Shown: one piece after another, positions 52,129-64,000 of the stretch | How positions within the stretch are numbered: the first letter of the stretch is position 1 | Layout: each line of letters begins with the position of its first letter | Assembly (NCBI GenBank): GCA_964016885.1 | Contig: OZ024740.1 | Coordinates: forward strand, 428,482,001-428,546,000 | DNA length: 64,000 nucleotides | Direction: 5' to 3' | From: Eledone cirrhosa | Lineage: Eukaryota | The notes under the pieces: model-generated | What the model was told of the DNA's origin: nothing | Databases searched by the model: none | The model's input: only the letters and a program-made list of their open reading frames with translations | Program-made: the position numbers and the translations under genes

Positions 52129-52959
52129 GGAAAAAATGAAACGAAATTTCATTTCTCACTCTTAGTACGGCCGTTACTTAAATGTAAGTATGTACACGTA
52201 CATACGTATATGTATGCAGACGTACAGTAGTATGTATATATATATACATACATGCACACATATATATATATATGTACGTATGGATTCACCGAACATTTAT
52301 TATAATGCTCGGTGTGTTTGTAAACAAACATCCCGAATTAAGCCGTACAGTGTCTAGCAACCATCGTTGCTCGTTTGTTCAACACTGACATTATAATAAA
52401 TGTTATAATAAACAGCTGAGTACTCTGGTGTGTTATGGTCCATATATATATAAAACAAAGAGGGTGTGGTAACATATCAGGTGGACCATAACACACCAGA
52501 GTACTCAATACTTAGGGTAGTAGAATGGATAATAGGAAAAAAATCTGGACACCGACGGATGACTCTTTTCCTATATATGTGTGTGTATGTATGTATACTG
52601 ACGTTTAACTAGCCATCGAATGCATATTATGCAACATTTGAATGCGAGGAGGCTGATGTTTCTACAAAGCCTACTTGAAAATCTACATACCATATACCAT
52701 CTCATATATAGTATATATAGTATCAACAACAACAGCAGCAATAATCGACCATATCACACACTATGATTTGAAACAAATGGACAGAGATAACAGATAATAT
52801 ATATCTAGACACACTATGCCAGAAAAAAGTCAGGATGGTTACGACTGGAAGGCCTTTCAAGCTAAGCCTCTTAGATCAGAGCTGACTGGCCTAGCGTTAG
52901 GTACTAGAGACGGTAGAGATCCTTGTCTTGGGTTCAATCCTGGTCAAGGGGTTCATGTA

Positions 52960-53282
52960 ATCGTTTTACTTTCTCCAGCCGCAACCTGGTGCAGTCTGCG
53001 ACTAACCCAGGTTCTGCTGCACGTCGGGCTGAGGAGGCCAAACTCTTCAAATACCGGTCGCTCTATGACACGTTTGTGGTTGTACCCTTGGCAGTGGAGA
53101 CTTCTGGTGTCCTCGGCCCTAAGGTTACCTCTACTCACCACCATAGGTGGTGTGAGTTAGCCAGCTGCAGGTGTGAGCCTCGCGAGTTGGAATGGTTTTT
53201 CCAGCGCGTCTCCCTTGCCGTCCTCCGGGGAAACGCCTTCTCCATTCTGTCCGCCGGGGCTGTGGCGAAGCCACCAACATGA
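52960..53282 (+). pseudogene. CRE-clade non-LTR retrotransposon RLE C-terminal fragment
   Basis: GSAARRAEEAKLFKY..L...VVPLAVETSGVLGP...EPRE...FQRVSLAVLRGNA. Confidence 0.7.
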
Positions 53283-54561
53283 TTGACTGACTTGTCATTT
53301 CATCAGTCAGATGTTACTGACCAACTGATGGTTTATAAAACCACAGTCAAGAAGAGGTCAAGTTAGAGATACTGAGAGTGTTCTGCTAAGAAAAGATAAC
53401 TATCTAGCTATCTCTCAAAAAATAACAATGATTTGGCTATCCAGATATAAGGGGAAAAAGAACAAATATAGTATCTGAGGCTTGTAACGTTTGAAATTGC
53501 TTGTTAATCTATCTTCCAAACGATATGACGAAGTCGCTACTACTTTTGAAATAACAGCCGCTCTACTTCGAACCGGACAAAACGTGTTGGGCATTGTATC
53601 ATTGTTATACGTATATATGATTTTGGATTCCAGTAAATAAGTCAATCATGGCTTTTATGTATTGTTCTTTGTTCATTTCTTACAAAGGATGTGAATATTA
53701 GAATATTCGTCATGAAAAATTAGGTTTCATAAGAATGATTTTAAAATATTTTGACTGGGAAGGAGATGGTAACAAGAGTAGGCTGTTGATTGCTATTGTG
53801 AAAATGATGTCTGGTTCCAATATGTTCAAAAGGTTCAGTGGGGACTAAAAGCCTAATTTTACCAAGGCAAAGTATCCGTATTGGTCGCTAATTTGTTCTT
53901 TTGTCTTTATTTTAAATTTTTAAGACTTGAAGAACATTCTCTGCGGCTATAAAAAGCCAAACCGTTTCCTAGTTATTCGCATGCAATCCAAATTGATATG
54001 AACATTTTACAGAATTTAAAGTACCTCATAAACCACAGTACTGACCTAACATTTATTTGATAGTATGAATTTGAAGCTAAAGATGTAAAGATGCTAGTTA
54101 AAGACATTATAAAAATATTGGTTGACGATTTCGGAATGCATTTGGAGAAGTCAAAAGCTTGGTTCACTGACTTGAATTTTACAAGAGATCTCTTCCTTAC
54201 GTAAATATGCCGATAACCTTAAAACAATGTAAACTTCACACGGAACGTATTAACAATGTTTCTGCAATATAATTACAATACCCTATCCACGTAAAAGTCA
54301 TTCTTCACTTTGAAATAGATGATGATACTGAAACGTATTATGAATATGGGATTACAGGAACTAGTGGCCCGTTCTAACCTGATTCCTGCTTCTTATAGAA
54401 TGAGACATTAAGACACTGCTGGGGACGTTGGACTTACAGATGGTGTTGAGGTCGTATCGAATGAAGGAGAAATGATGAATCCAATTTTTGACAGCTTCTG
54501 GAATCATTCAAATTTCACAGATGGAGAAATATCAGGAGACCTGGAGGTAGGCTCCGACCTG

Positions 54562-54658
54562 GATGGGAGACCCGGGGTAGATCTCGAGCAAGATGGGAGA
54601 CTCAGGGATAGATCTCGGGCAAGATGGGAGACCTAGGGGTAGATCTCGGGCAAGATGG
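54562..54658. repeat. 30-31-bp tandem repeat, 3 units
   Basis: gatgggagac..gggg.tagatctcg.gcaa. Confidence 0.85.
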
Positions 54659-54747
54659 TTCGATACCATCCATGAGCTCGTCTGGTTTAGCTTGCGGAAC
54701 CAGCCGCATAAACTGGAGATGGTTGCTTCTGACAGAACCCACTAGAA

Positions 54748-55105
54748 GATGACGGCGACAATGATGATGACGATGAGGATGGTGATGGTGGTGATGATGG
54801 TGATGATATGATGGTGGTGGTGGTGGTGGTAGTGCTGTTGGTGATGGTGATGACGATGATGATGATGATGATGGTGATGATGGTGATGGTGATGATGGTG
54901 ATGATTGTGATGATGATGATGATGACGATGATTATGATGATGATGATGATGATGGTGGTGATGATGGTGATGATGGTGATGATGGTGGTGATGATGGTGA
55001 TGATGGTGATGATTCTACGAAGGAGGAAATTATGTCCATATTTGATAGAGAAGCACTCAGTGTAATGATGAAAGACAATCACAGCAATTCTCCAATGGAC
55101 GTCTG

Positions 55106-55186
<81 letters not shown>

Positions 55187-55397
55187 AAACAACAACAACA
55201 AAAAACAAGAAGAAGAAGAAGAAAAAGAAGAAGAAGAAAAACAACAACAACAACAAGAACAACAACAACAGCAGCAGCAGCAGCAACAATAACAACAACA
55301 ACAACAGCAACAACAACAGCAACAACAACAATAACAACAACAGCAGCATCAACAACAGCAGCAGCAACAACAACAACAGCAATAACAACAACAACAA

Positions 55398-55436
<39 letters not shown>

Positions 55437-55505
55437 CAACAACAACAACAACAGCAGCAGCAGCAGCAGCAACAACAACAACAACAACAACAGCAACAAC
55501 AACAA

Positions 55506-55559
<54 letters not shown>

Positions 55560-55722
55560 CTACAACAATCACAGCAACAGTGATAACGACAACAACCACT
55601 ACCACAACAGCAACAACAACAGCAGCAGCAGCAACAACAACAACGGCAACAACAACAATAACAACAACAACAACAACAGCAACAACAACAGCAACAACAA
55701 GAGTAACAACAACAACAACAGC

Positions 55723-55792
<70 letters not shown>

Positions 55793-56101
55793 GCAACAAC
55801 AACGGCAACAACAACAATAAGAACAGCAGCAGCAGCAGCAGCAACAACAAAAACAACAACAACAAAAAACAAGAAGAAGAAAAAGAAAAAGAAGAAGAAG
55901 AACAACAACAACAACAAGAACAACAACAACAGCAGCAGCAGCAGCAGCAACAATAACAACAACAACCACTACCACAACAACAACAGCAACAACAACAGCA
56001 GCAGCAGCAACAACAACAACGGCAACAACAACAATAACAACAACAACAACAACAGCAACAACAACAGCAACAACAAGAGTAACAACAACAACAACAACAG
56101 C

Positions 56102-56141
<40 letters not shown>

Positions 56142-56470
56142 GCAACAACAACAACGGCAACAACAACAATAACAACAGCAACAGCAACAACAACAACAAC
56201 AACAACAGCAACAGCAACAACAACAACAACAGCAACAACTACAGCAACAACAGCAGCAGCAGCAACAACAACAACGATAACAACAGCAGCAACAACAACA
56301 ACAACGGCAACAACAACAGCAACAACAACAACAACAATAACAACAACAACAACAACAGCAACAACAACAGCAACAACAACAACTACAACAACCAGAACAA
56401 CAGTGATAACAACAACAACAACTACCACAACAATAACAACAAGAACAACAAGAACAACAACAGCAACAAG
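54748..56470. repeat. compound (GAT/GGT)n then (CAA/CAG)n array with internal block duplications
   Basis: Directly visible; the aagaagaag block recurs at about 55205 and 55870, and accactaccac at about 55594 and 55964. Confidence 0.95.
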
Positions 56471-56673
56471 CAGAGGAGTGTAGTGCAAGTGTGAACAACA
56501 AAGATATTTGGAGTAGCGGATATATGTGTGGGTGTGTAGGAAAGCAATGGGCTTGTTGTAAGGGAGAAGAGATGTTGCCCTGATTGATGGCATCTCCCGC
56601 TAGAGGGCGCCTTAGATCAATATAAATGGCGATATCCACTGGAAGTCCATTAGGAATCGTCGGAAACATACGT

Positions 56674-56707
<34 letters not shown>

Positions 56708-56713
56708 CTATCT

Positions 56714-59700
56714 TGATAGAGTAAGACACGCTTCGCATCGGCTCCGCTATTCCATCGGGATTTACCCTTACTATTGTAAGTACCGGATAAATTTTTTAGT
56801 GCAACACATTTGGAACACTAACCCCTGTTATTTAGGGAAACATTTTTGCATTTACCCCCTTTTTAGGGGGTAAAATAAATATCTATTTTTGCCGAAAAAT
56901 TTCTTTCTTGGCAGCATGGCGGAAAAGATGGCAGACATGTCTGCCATTAGCTCTGCCACGCCCCCCAAGTCTGAAGAACAAAAAATAATTACAACAAAAT
57001 TAGACATTGAAACAAACAAACAAAATGAAAAAACAAATGTTAAGGAAAATGAGCAAACAGAAAACAAACAAACAGAAAATAATACAAATAACGACAGGGC
57101 AACTTTCGCCCAGAAAACAAAGCAATCCATTACATACACACCAATTGACCTAACTGCCGCCAGAGAAAAACTGGCCGAAGCAAAGAAACATATTGTTTTG
57201 GGGGAGAACGGAATGTTTTCCATTAACTCCCCCCCAGAATTCAAGAAAGCCAGAGCAGAAAACACAGTTATATACAGAACTATACTGAACCAGACAAGAA
57301 AGCCAGCACAGCCCAGCCAAATGGAAATAGAGTTAGTCCTAAAAGACTATATGAAGAATATTCTCTTCATACGAAAGGACCGACTCTATGGCAGCATTTC
57401 GGTCCTAACAAGAGACAAAGAAACGGCGGAGTAGCTTTCACTAAGCCCACTCTCGTCGACAACATATAGCTTCTATCCCTCCTACATGGGTAGAAGAACA
57501 CAGAGAGTAAAAGTAAAAACAATGCTGCCCACAATGGACTTCTGGTGGGCTATTGCTGGCTTCATTGATATGGGCGAAGACACTATGCTGTCAATGGGGA
57601 AGGCAACTGGAGATGCGTTCCTGGGAATGGGCCTCGACATACTAGTCCAAATGAGGCCCGAAAGAATAGCACAAATCCCGGATCGCATCACCACCACCAC
57701 CACAAAACCCATTCCAAACAAATAATAAAAAAAACAGTAACAAATCTACCCCTCCCGCAAAAAAACAGCAACCACACAACACGTCCCTCCCACCTAGCGC
57801 TGAAGAGTTTCCCCCAACTTCTGAAGAAGAAGGGGGAGAAGCCTTCAGACAAGTTAAAAGAAAAAAAAGAAAACACACACCCAGCACACCACAAATAACC
57901 CACACACAAACACCAACTCCAATCAAAAACACCCCACCCTCAACAAACAAAAATAAATCTGCGCCTCCCCTCTCCGAAGAAAAAACTGGTTAAATTAATA
58001 AACAATAACCCTATGGTGCAGACCGAAGGGCCAAACTTTATCTCAACAGAGAACTTCACCCATTTAAAAATGATAAAGGTCCCTCTGGACCTTTATCGTT
58101 CCTTAAAAGAACAATTTAGACGGGACGTGAGCCCCCCCTGTTTAAAACCGTTGAATCGCGTCCTCTTGAAAGATTTCCCCATAACCGCCCCTCTCCCTGA
58201 CACAACTCCAAATACCCCAACCCCACCACACACGTGTACCCCCACACCACCACAAAACATCCCTCCACCCAACACACCTGATGCCATGGAAATTACGCAA
58301 CCCGGAGAGGTAAGTGCTTTTCTTTCTTCACTTTCAACACCAAAATAGATCAATTGAGAGTTGGCTGTTTGAACGCGCGTGGCCTGAGCTCAGCTTGGAA
58401 GCAAGCAAAGCTTCTAAGTGACCTCAGGTCACAAAGTATAGATGTGATGGTTGTTTGCGAGAGTCGGATCAGCAGCGTGAGACAGCTGGCGCCCGCCTTC
58501 GATGACTTTGAGATGCACGCATCTCTCTGTCAACCCGGAGGCGGGGGGGGGGGGGAGTTGCCGTACTGCTGGATAAACGTCTGACTCTCGACGTACAGAT
58601 TGTTCACTCGGACCCGGGGGGTCGATTACTGGTGCTGGACGTCGGAGGTGGTGAAGGCGGGGCTTTCAGACTGGTCGGTCTTTATGCTCCCTTCGGGGCG
58701 GAGAGAGCCGACTTCTTCCAACGTCTGGAGACTTTTCTAGGAACGTCGCGTTCCCTGCTTTTAGTGGGGGACTGGAATGGAATCCTAGATGCGCGTTGGG
58801 ACTATGCAGGGGCATGTCCCGATAGAGGGGGGTGTAGCAGCCTCAAGGGGTTACTCGATCGATTCGACCTGGTCGATAGATTTCGACTAGATTGTCCAAC
58901 TGCGCCAACCTGGACCTGGGCAAACCGCAGTGGACAATCTAGATCGTACCTAGATAGGTTTTTGGTTAGGAGTAAGGATAGGGACGTATTTAGTTGTCCA
59001 GAACTAATCATGGTTGGCTATTCAGATCACAAATTAGTGACCTGCGTGGTCAACCTTGATAGAACGCATAGACAGGGTCCCGGTTACTGGAAGATGAACT
59101 TGTCCTTACCGACAAAGAAAGATTACAGAAACCGGATTAGTAGCTTAGTTAAGATGCGGTTGACGGGAGCGATCGTCAACAGTAGGTGGTGGATATCTCT
59201 AAAGAGAGAGATTAGAGTAAGTTCGATAGGTTACAGTAAGGAACTAGCGGCGAATAGAAATAGGAGGGAAAGGGAGTTAACAGATAAACTAGAAGAGGCG
59301 ATTAGGAGCGGAGACGTAGCCAGAGTGTTAGCGACGAGAACGGCATTGAGCCAGTTCTTTGACGCGAAGCACGAAGGCTGCGTTGTCCGAAGTAAAATAC
59401 GTGCTTTAGGAAACGAGGGGACCAAAGCTGTTAGCTGGGCCCGCGTGACAGAAGCCAAGAGTGGGATTAAATCCACCATTCGGTCTTTGCGAGACCAGGA
59501 TGGACGGGTGATCCTTGAACCTGAGCGAATGTGCGAGACCTTTCAAAGGCACTTTGCTCGACTGTTCGGAGGTGGCGGGGGGCCGGACGGGGATGTGGAC
59601 TTCGGTCCATACCTCGACGGTCTATCGCGTCTTTCGAGCGGCGAAGCGGAGTGCTGCGAAGGGCCAATCACAGCCACTGAAATCGGGGAAGCGCTCAGCC

Positions 59701-62018
59701 AATGCAGCAGACGCAAATCCCCGGGTCTCGATGGTCTACCATACGAACTTTATTTAGCTATGCCGGTCTTGTTCTCCGAACTCCTCGAGGCTGTCTATTG
59801 CAACTGGCAACAGAACGGGAGAATTCCCTGTTCTGTGACCAAGGGCGTGGTCACGCTAGTGAGGAAGGACGAGAGCAAGGGGGACGACTTAAGTAACTTT
59901 AGGCCCATAACTCTGCTGAATGCAGAGTTACAGATTTTGGCCAAGGTGTTGGCGAAGAGGTTGGCGCTTGTGGTGGGTGGTTTGGTGGAAGACGCGCAGA
60001 CATGCGCTATCCCGTCCAGGTCCATTCACGACAACCTCCACCTCATGCGATACATCATAGAGAGGGTTGGCTACGAACCCGGCTTTGGTGGGGCCCTGAT
60101 CAACTTGGATCAATCTAAGGCGTTCGATAGGGTCGACCATGGTTACCTGGATGCGGTGCTAGCGGCGGCGGGCTTCGGACCCGTTTTCAGGGGCTGGATT
60201 TCTGCCATGCACAGTGGCAACATCTACTCTAGGATTAAAGTAAACGGCTACCTCTCGGAGCCGTTTCAAATCACCCGATCCATCAGACAGGGGTGCCCCC
60301 TCTCCTCCCTTCTGTACGTATTGACTCTCGAGCCACTGCTGCGGAAGTTGGAGTTGCTGCGGGGCATACCCCTGGAACCGGGATTGCACAAAGCGGTCTC
60401 GGCCTATGCCGACGACGTAACAGTAATGGTGGCGGACGCCTCGGAAATCGGGGCGATCGCCACCCTACTGGAGGAATACGAAAGGCTGACGGGGGCTAAG
60501 CTGAACCAGGACAAGTCAGTCGGTTTGCAACTCGGAACGTGGAGGGGCAAACCGATGCCGTTAGACGGTGTCGTCGGGCGGTGGACGGAGGGCCCGGTGA
60601 AGCTGCTCGGGGTCTGGTTCGGACCGGACCTCCAGGTGGAGAAGAATTGGGGCGAGGTGACGAGCAGGGTGTTTGCGCTGAGCCAGAAGTGGGCCAAGTG
60701 CAAACTATCACTGAAAGGTCGGGCGGAGGTGACGAACGCTTACATAGCGTCCGTCATCTACTACCGCCTGACCGTCGTGCCTTGCCCCAAGGAAAAGCTC
60801 ACCATCATGGAACGCATGCTCTTCCAGTTCCTCTGGAAGAAGCGGCCTCCCATGGTGAGGAGATCCATCTGCTGCCAGCACCCTTCGAAAGGAGGGCTGG
60901 GTATGCCGTGAATGTTGATGCGTAGGCACGCATTGAGGCTACGGCATCTACAGGTATTCCTCAACGGTCAGCCGGTGTGGGCCCTGTTTGTGAGGCGAGC
61001 CTTCCCACAGCTCGTCTCGCTCACCGAACTGCAATCCTGGGTGAAGCAAAGACCGAGAAAACTGGGCAACTGGCACACTGAGTGTGCCCAGGCGCTCACG
61101 GCTATCTGGCAAGCGGACCCGACTGTCAGTGGAGAATCCACCTCGACATTCTATAGAGGGTTGGTGGCTAGCAGGGGCGACGACACCCTTGGAGAGTCGC
61201 TAGGCATGGAGGAGGACGAACTGGCCAGCCTGTTCGGTAGAACTTTCGGCCCGGGACCCATGGACAACTTCCAGAGGTCCCTAGCCTGGCAGTGTTACCG
61301 GGGGGCTCTGCCCGTTCGAGAAAAGCTCTACAGACACGGGCGCCCGGGCAGGGATCCCGCGAAAAAGATCTGTCCCAGATGCGTGCGCGACGAGGAAACC
61401 GTTGCGCATGCACTGGTACACTGCCCGGGCGTTGCCGATCTGTGGGGCTACGTCGAACGACTGCTGTCGCGTGTGGCGCCGATTCGATTAACCGCCGAGT
61501 CTGTGGTGAACATCAAGCCGCCTCCTCCCTTCAGAAATGAAGCAGAGGCGGTCTTTCTGTGCGTAATAGCCATGATGAAAGAGGTTGTGTGGTGGACGCG
61601 CCTGAAAGGTCTGAGGTCGGGTGACTTTCTCTCCGGCCATCACCTGGTTTACTTCTTCCGATACCACTTCGGAAGAAGAATCAGGATGGAGAGAGAAGTG
61701 CTTGGTCCCAGACAGTTTTATGAAAGGTGGGTGAAAGAAGCGAGAATGGCCCGTGTAAATGGGCCTTCTCTCTACATTGTTCTGTAGGTGAAGAAGTGAA
61801 GAGGAAAGGGGGAGCGCCTCCTCTCTGGGCTTCCCCCGCGAAAAGAGTTGCACACTTTTCGGGGGTATGTGCAATCCCCAACACGCCCCCTCCCTTTTGA
61901 GGACTTTTTATTGTTATATTATTATTGTTATTCCTTTTTTCTTTACTCGATTTATGTAAACTCCCCCACTGTGTAAATGTCCCCTTCTTTTGTGCCCTCG
62001 TGGCAAATAAATAGAAAT

Positions 62019-62020
<2 letters not shown>
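56714..62020 (+). mobile_element. Tx1-type LINE copy 2, full span but defective
   Basis: Highly similar to copy 1. ORF1 has a stop at 57432 and lacks about 340 bp including the zinc knuckle; ORF2 (58354-61787) has a G-run frameshift and TGG to TGA at 60909. (TATC)n on both sides. Confidence 0.92.
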
Positions 62021-62064
<44 letters not shown>

Positions 62065-62067
62065 CTC

Positions 62068-63622
62068 TAGAGGTATCCCCCTGGAACCAGGATTGAGCAA
62101 AGCGGTGTCGGCCTACGCCGATGACGTAACAGTAATGGTATCGACCGACTTGGAGATCGAGGCGATCGGTACCTTACTGGAGGATTACGAAAGGTTGTCA
62201 GGAGCGAAACTGAACCGGGAAAAATCCATCGGCTGCAACTCGGAACGTGGAGAGTCAGACCGATGCCTCCTGAACGAGGTTACGAACAAGGTGTTTGCAC
62301 TAACCCAGAAATGGGCCAAGTGTAAGCTGTCCCTAAAAGGCCGGGCGGAGGTGGCGAACATTTACATAGCGTCCGTCACTTACTACCGCCTGACTGTCGT
62401 GCCTTGCCCTAAGGAAACACTCACCACCATGGAACGCATGCTCTTCCAATTTCTTTGGAAGAAGCGCCCTCCTATGGTGAGAAGATCCATCTGCTGCCAA
62501 CAACCTTCGAAAGGAGGGCTGGGGATGCCGTGGTTGATGATGCGTAGGCACGCATTAAGGCTACGGCACCTACAGGTATACCTCACTGGTCAACCGGTGT
62601 GGGCTCCGTTCGTGAAACGAGCCTTTCCGAGACTCGTCTCGCTCACCGAGCTACAGTCCTGGGTCAAGCAAAGATCCGGAAAACTGGGAGACTGGCACAC
62701 TGAGTGTGCTCAGGCGCTCAGGGCTCTCTGGCAAGCGGGCCAGGCCATCGGTGGAGAATCCACCTCATCATTCTATAGAGGGCTGGTGGCTAGCAGGGGC
62801 GATGACACCCTTGGAGAGTCGCTGGACATGGAGAAAGACGAACTGGCCAGCCTGTTCGGTAGGACTTTCGGCCCAGGACCAATGGACAACTTCCAGAAGT
62901 CACTGGCCTGGCAGTGCTACCGGGGGGCTCTACCCGTTCGAGAGAGGCTCTACAGACACGGGCGCCCGGGCAGGTATCCCTCAAAAAAGATTTGCCCTAG
63001 ATGCGTGCGTCACGAAGAAACCGTTGCGCACGCATTGGTGCAATGTCCGGGCGTGGCTGATCTGTGGGGCTACGCCGAACGACTGCTGTCGCGGGTGGCG
63101 CCGATTCAATTGACCGCCGAGTCCGTGATGACAATCAAACCGCCTCCCCTCTTCACAAAGGAAGCAAAGGCGGTTTTTCTGTGCGTAATAGCCATGTTGA
63201 AAGAGGTTGTTTGGTGGACACGATTGAAAGGTCTGAGGTCAGGCAACTTCCTCTCTGGCCATAGTCTGGTCTACTTCTTCCGATATCACTTCGGAAGAAG
63301 GATAAGAATGGAGAGAGAGGTGCTTGGCCACAGGCAGTTTTATGAAAGGTGGGTGATAGTGGCGAGAATGGCTCGTGTAAATGGGCCTTCTCTGTATACC
63401 ATCCTGTAGGTAAAGAAGTAAAGGAGAGGGGAGCACCTTCTCCATGTGCTCCCCGGGCAAAGGATTGCACACTTTTCGGGGGTGTGTGCAACCCCCATCA
63501 CGTCCCCTCCCTTTTGAGGTTATTTTCGATTATTTTCATGTTACACCCTTTTTACTCGATTGTATGTAAACTCCCCCTTTGTATTTGTCCCTTCTTTTTA
63601 TGCCTTTATGGTAAATAAAGAA
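62068..63622 (+). mobile_element. 5'-truncated Tx1-type LINE of a diverged subfamily, tandem to copy 2
   Basis: ORF 62093-63409 runs from YADD to the C-terminus, with many synonymous differences and an internal deletion. Confidence 0.9.
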
Positions 63623-63657
63623 ATATATCTATCTCTCTATATATATATATCTTTCTC

Positions 63658-63702
<45 letters not shown>

Positions 63703-63739
63703 CTCTCTCTATCTATATATCTCTCTCTTTTTCTCTCTC

Positions 63740-63770
<31 letters not shown>

Positions 63771-64000
63771 CATCTCTTTCTCTCTCTCCCTCCATCTCTC
63801 TCTCTCTCCCTCCCACTCTTTCGCTTTCTCTTTCTCTCCGTCTCTCTCTCCACTTCTCTCTCTCGCCCTTTCTCCCTCTCTTTCTCTATATATCTATATG
63901 TATATATATAAACGTATGTATGTATGTATGTATGTATGTATGTATGTATGTATGTATGTATGTATGTATGTATGCATACATGTATATGTATGTATGTATG
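63623..64000. repeat. (TC)n then (TATG)n microsatellites
   Basis: Directly visible. Confidence 0.95.

Noticed and set aside
54687-56669. Poly-L/V/C/T/N/Q ORFs of 290-414 aa
   Set aside because: Trinucleotide array open in most frames, with frame switches and no flanking domain or splice evidence.
58310-58348. 39-nt GTAAGT...pyrimidine tract...TAG mini-intron at the Tx1 ORF1 end
   Set aside because: Removing it gives GAG-ATC-AAT-TGA, a stop, and does not fuse ORF1 to ORF2.

Overview
Eukaryotic, gene-free and extremely repeat-rich DNA. The SINE and microsatellite make-up suggests an octopus or other cephalopod, which is an inference. Almost all ORFs in the supplied track are translations of (TA)n, (CA)n, (TACA)n, (CAA)n or (GAT)n microsatellites. 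Real coding content is retrotransposon-derived: two near-full-length Tx1-type (L1 clade) LINEs in opposite orientation plus a truncated third, all abutting (TATC)n; one near-complete RTE LINE with three C-terminal C2H2 fingers; a 5'-truncated R4/Dong-type element with a 17-bp target-site duplication; CR1, RTE and CRE-type fragments; five Penelope-like GIY-YIG fragments; tRNA-derived SINEs; and Helitron-type ends. The most striking unannotated signal is non-coding. I folded by eye about 20 type-I hammerhead ribozyme motifs from about 10 sequence families, mostly in short modules between (TA)n tracts. Many have palindromic stem III, and several sit in long perfect palindromes carrying one ribozyme per strand. 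They include U3-A8 compensatory cores, a U4A core and a highly divergent candidate. No folding or homology search was run.
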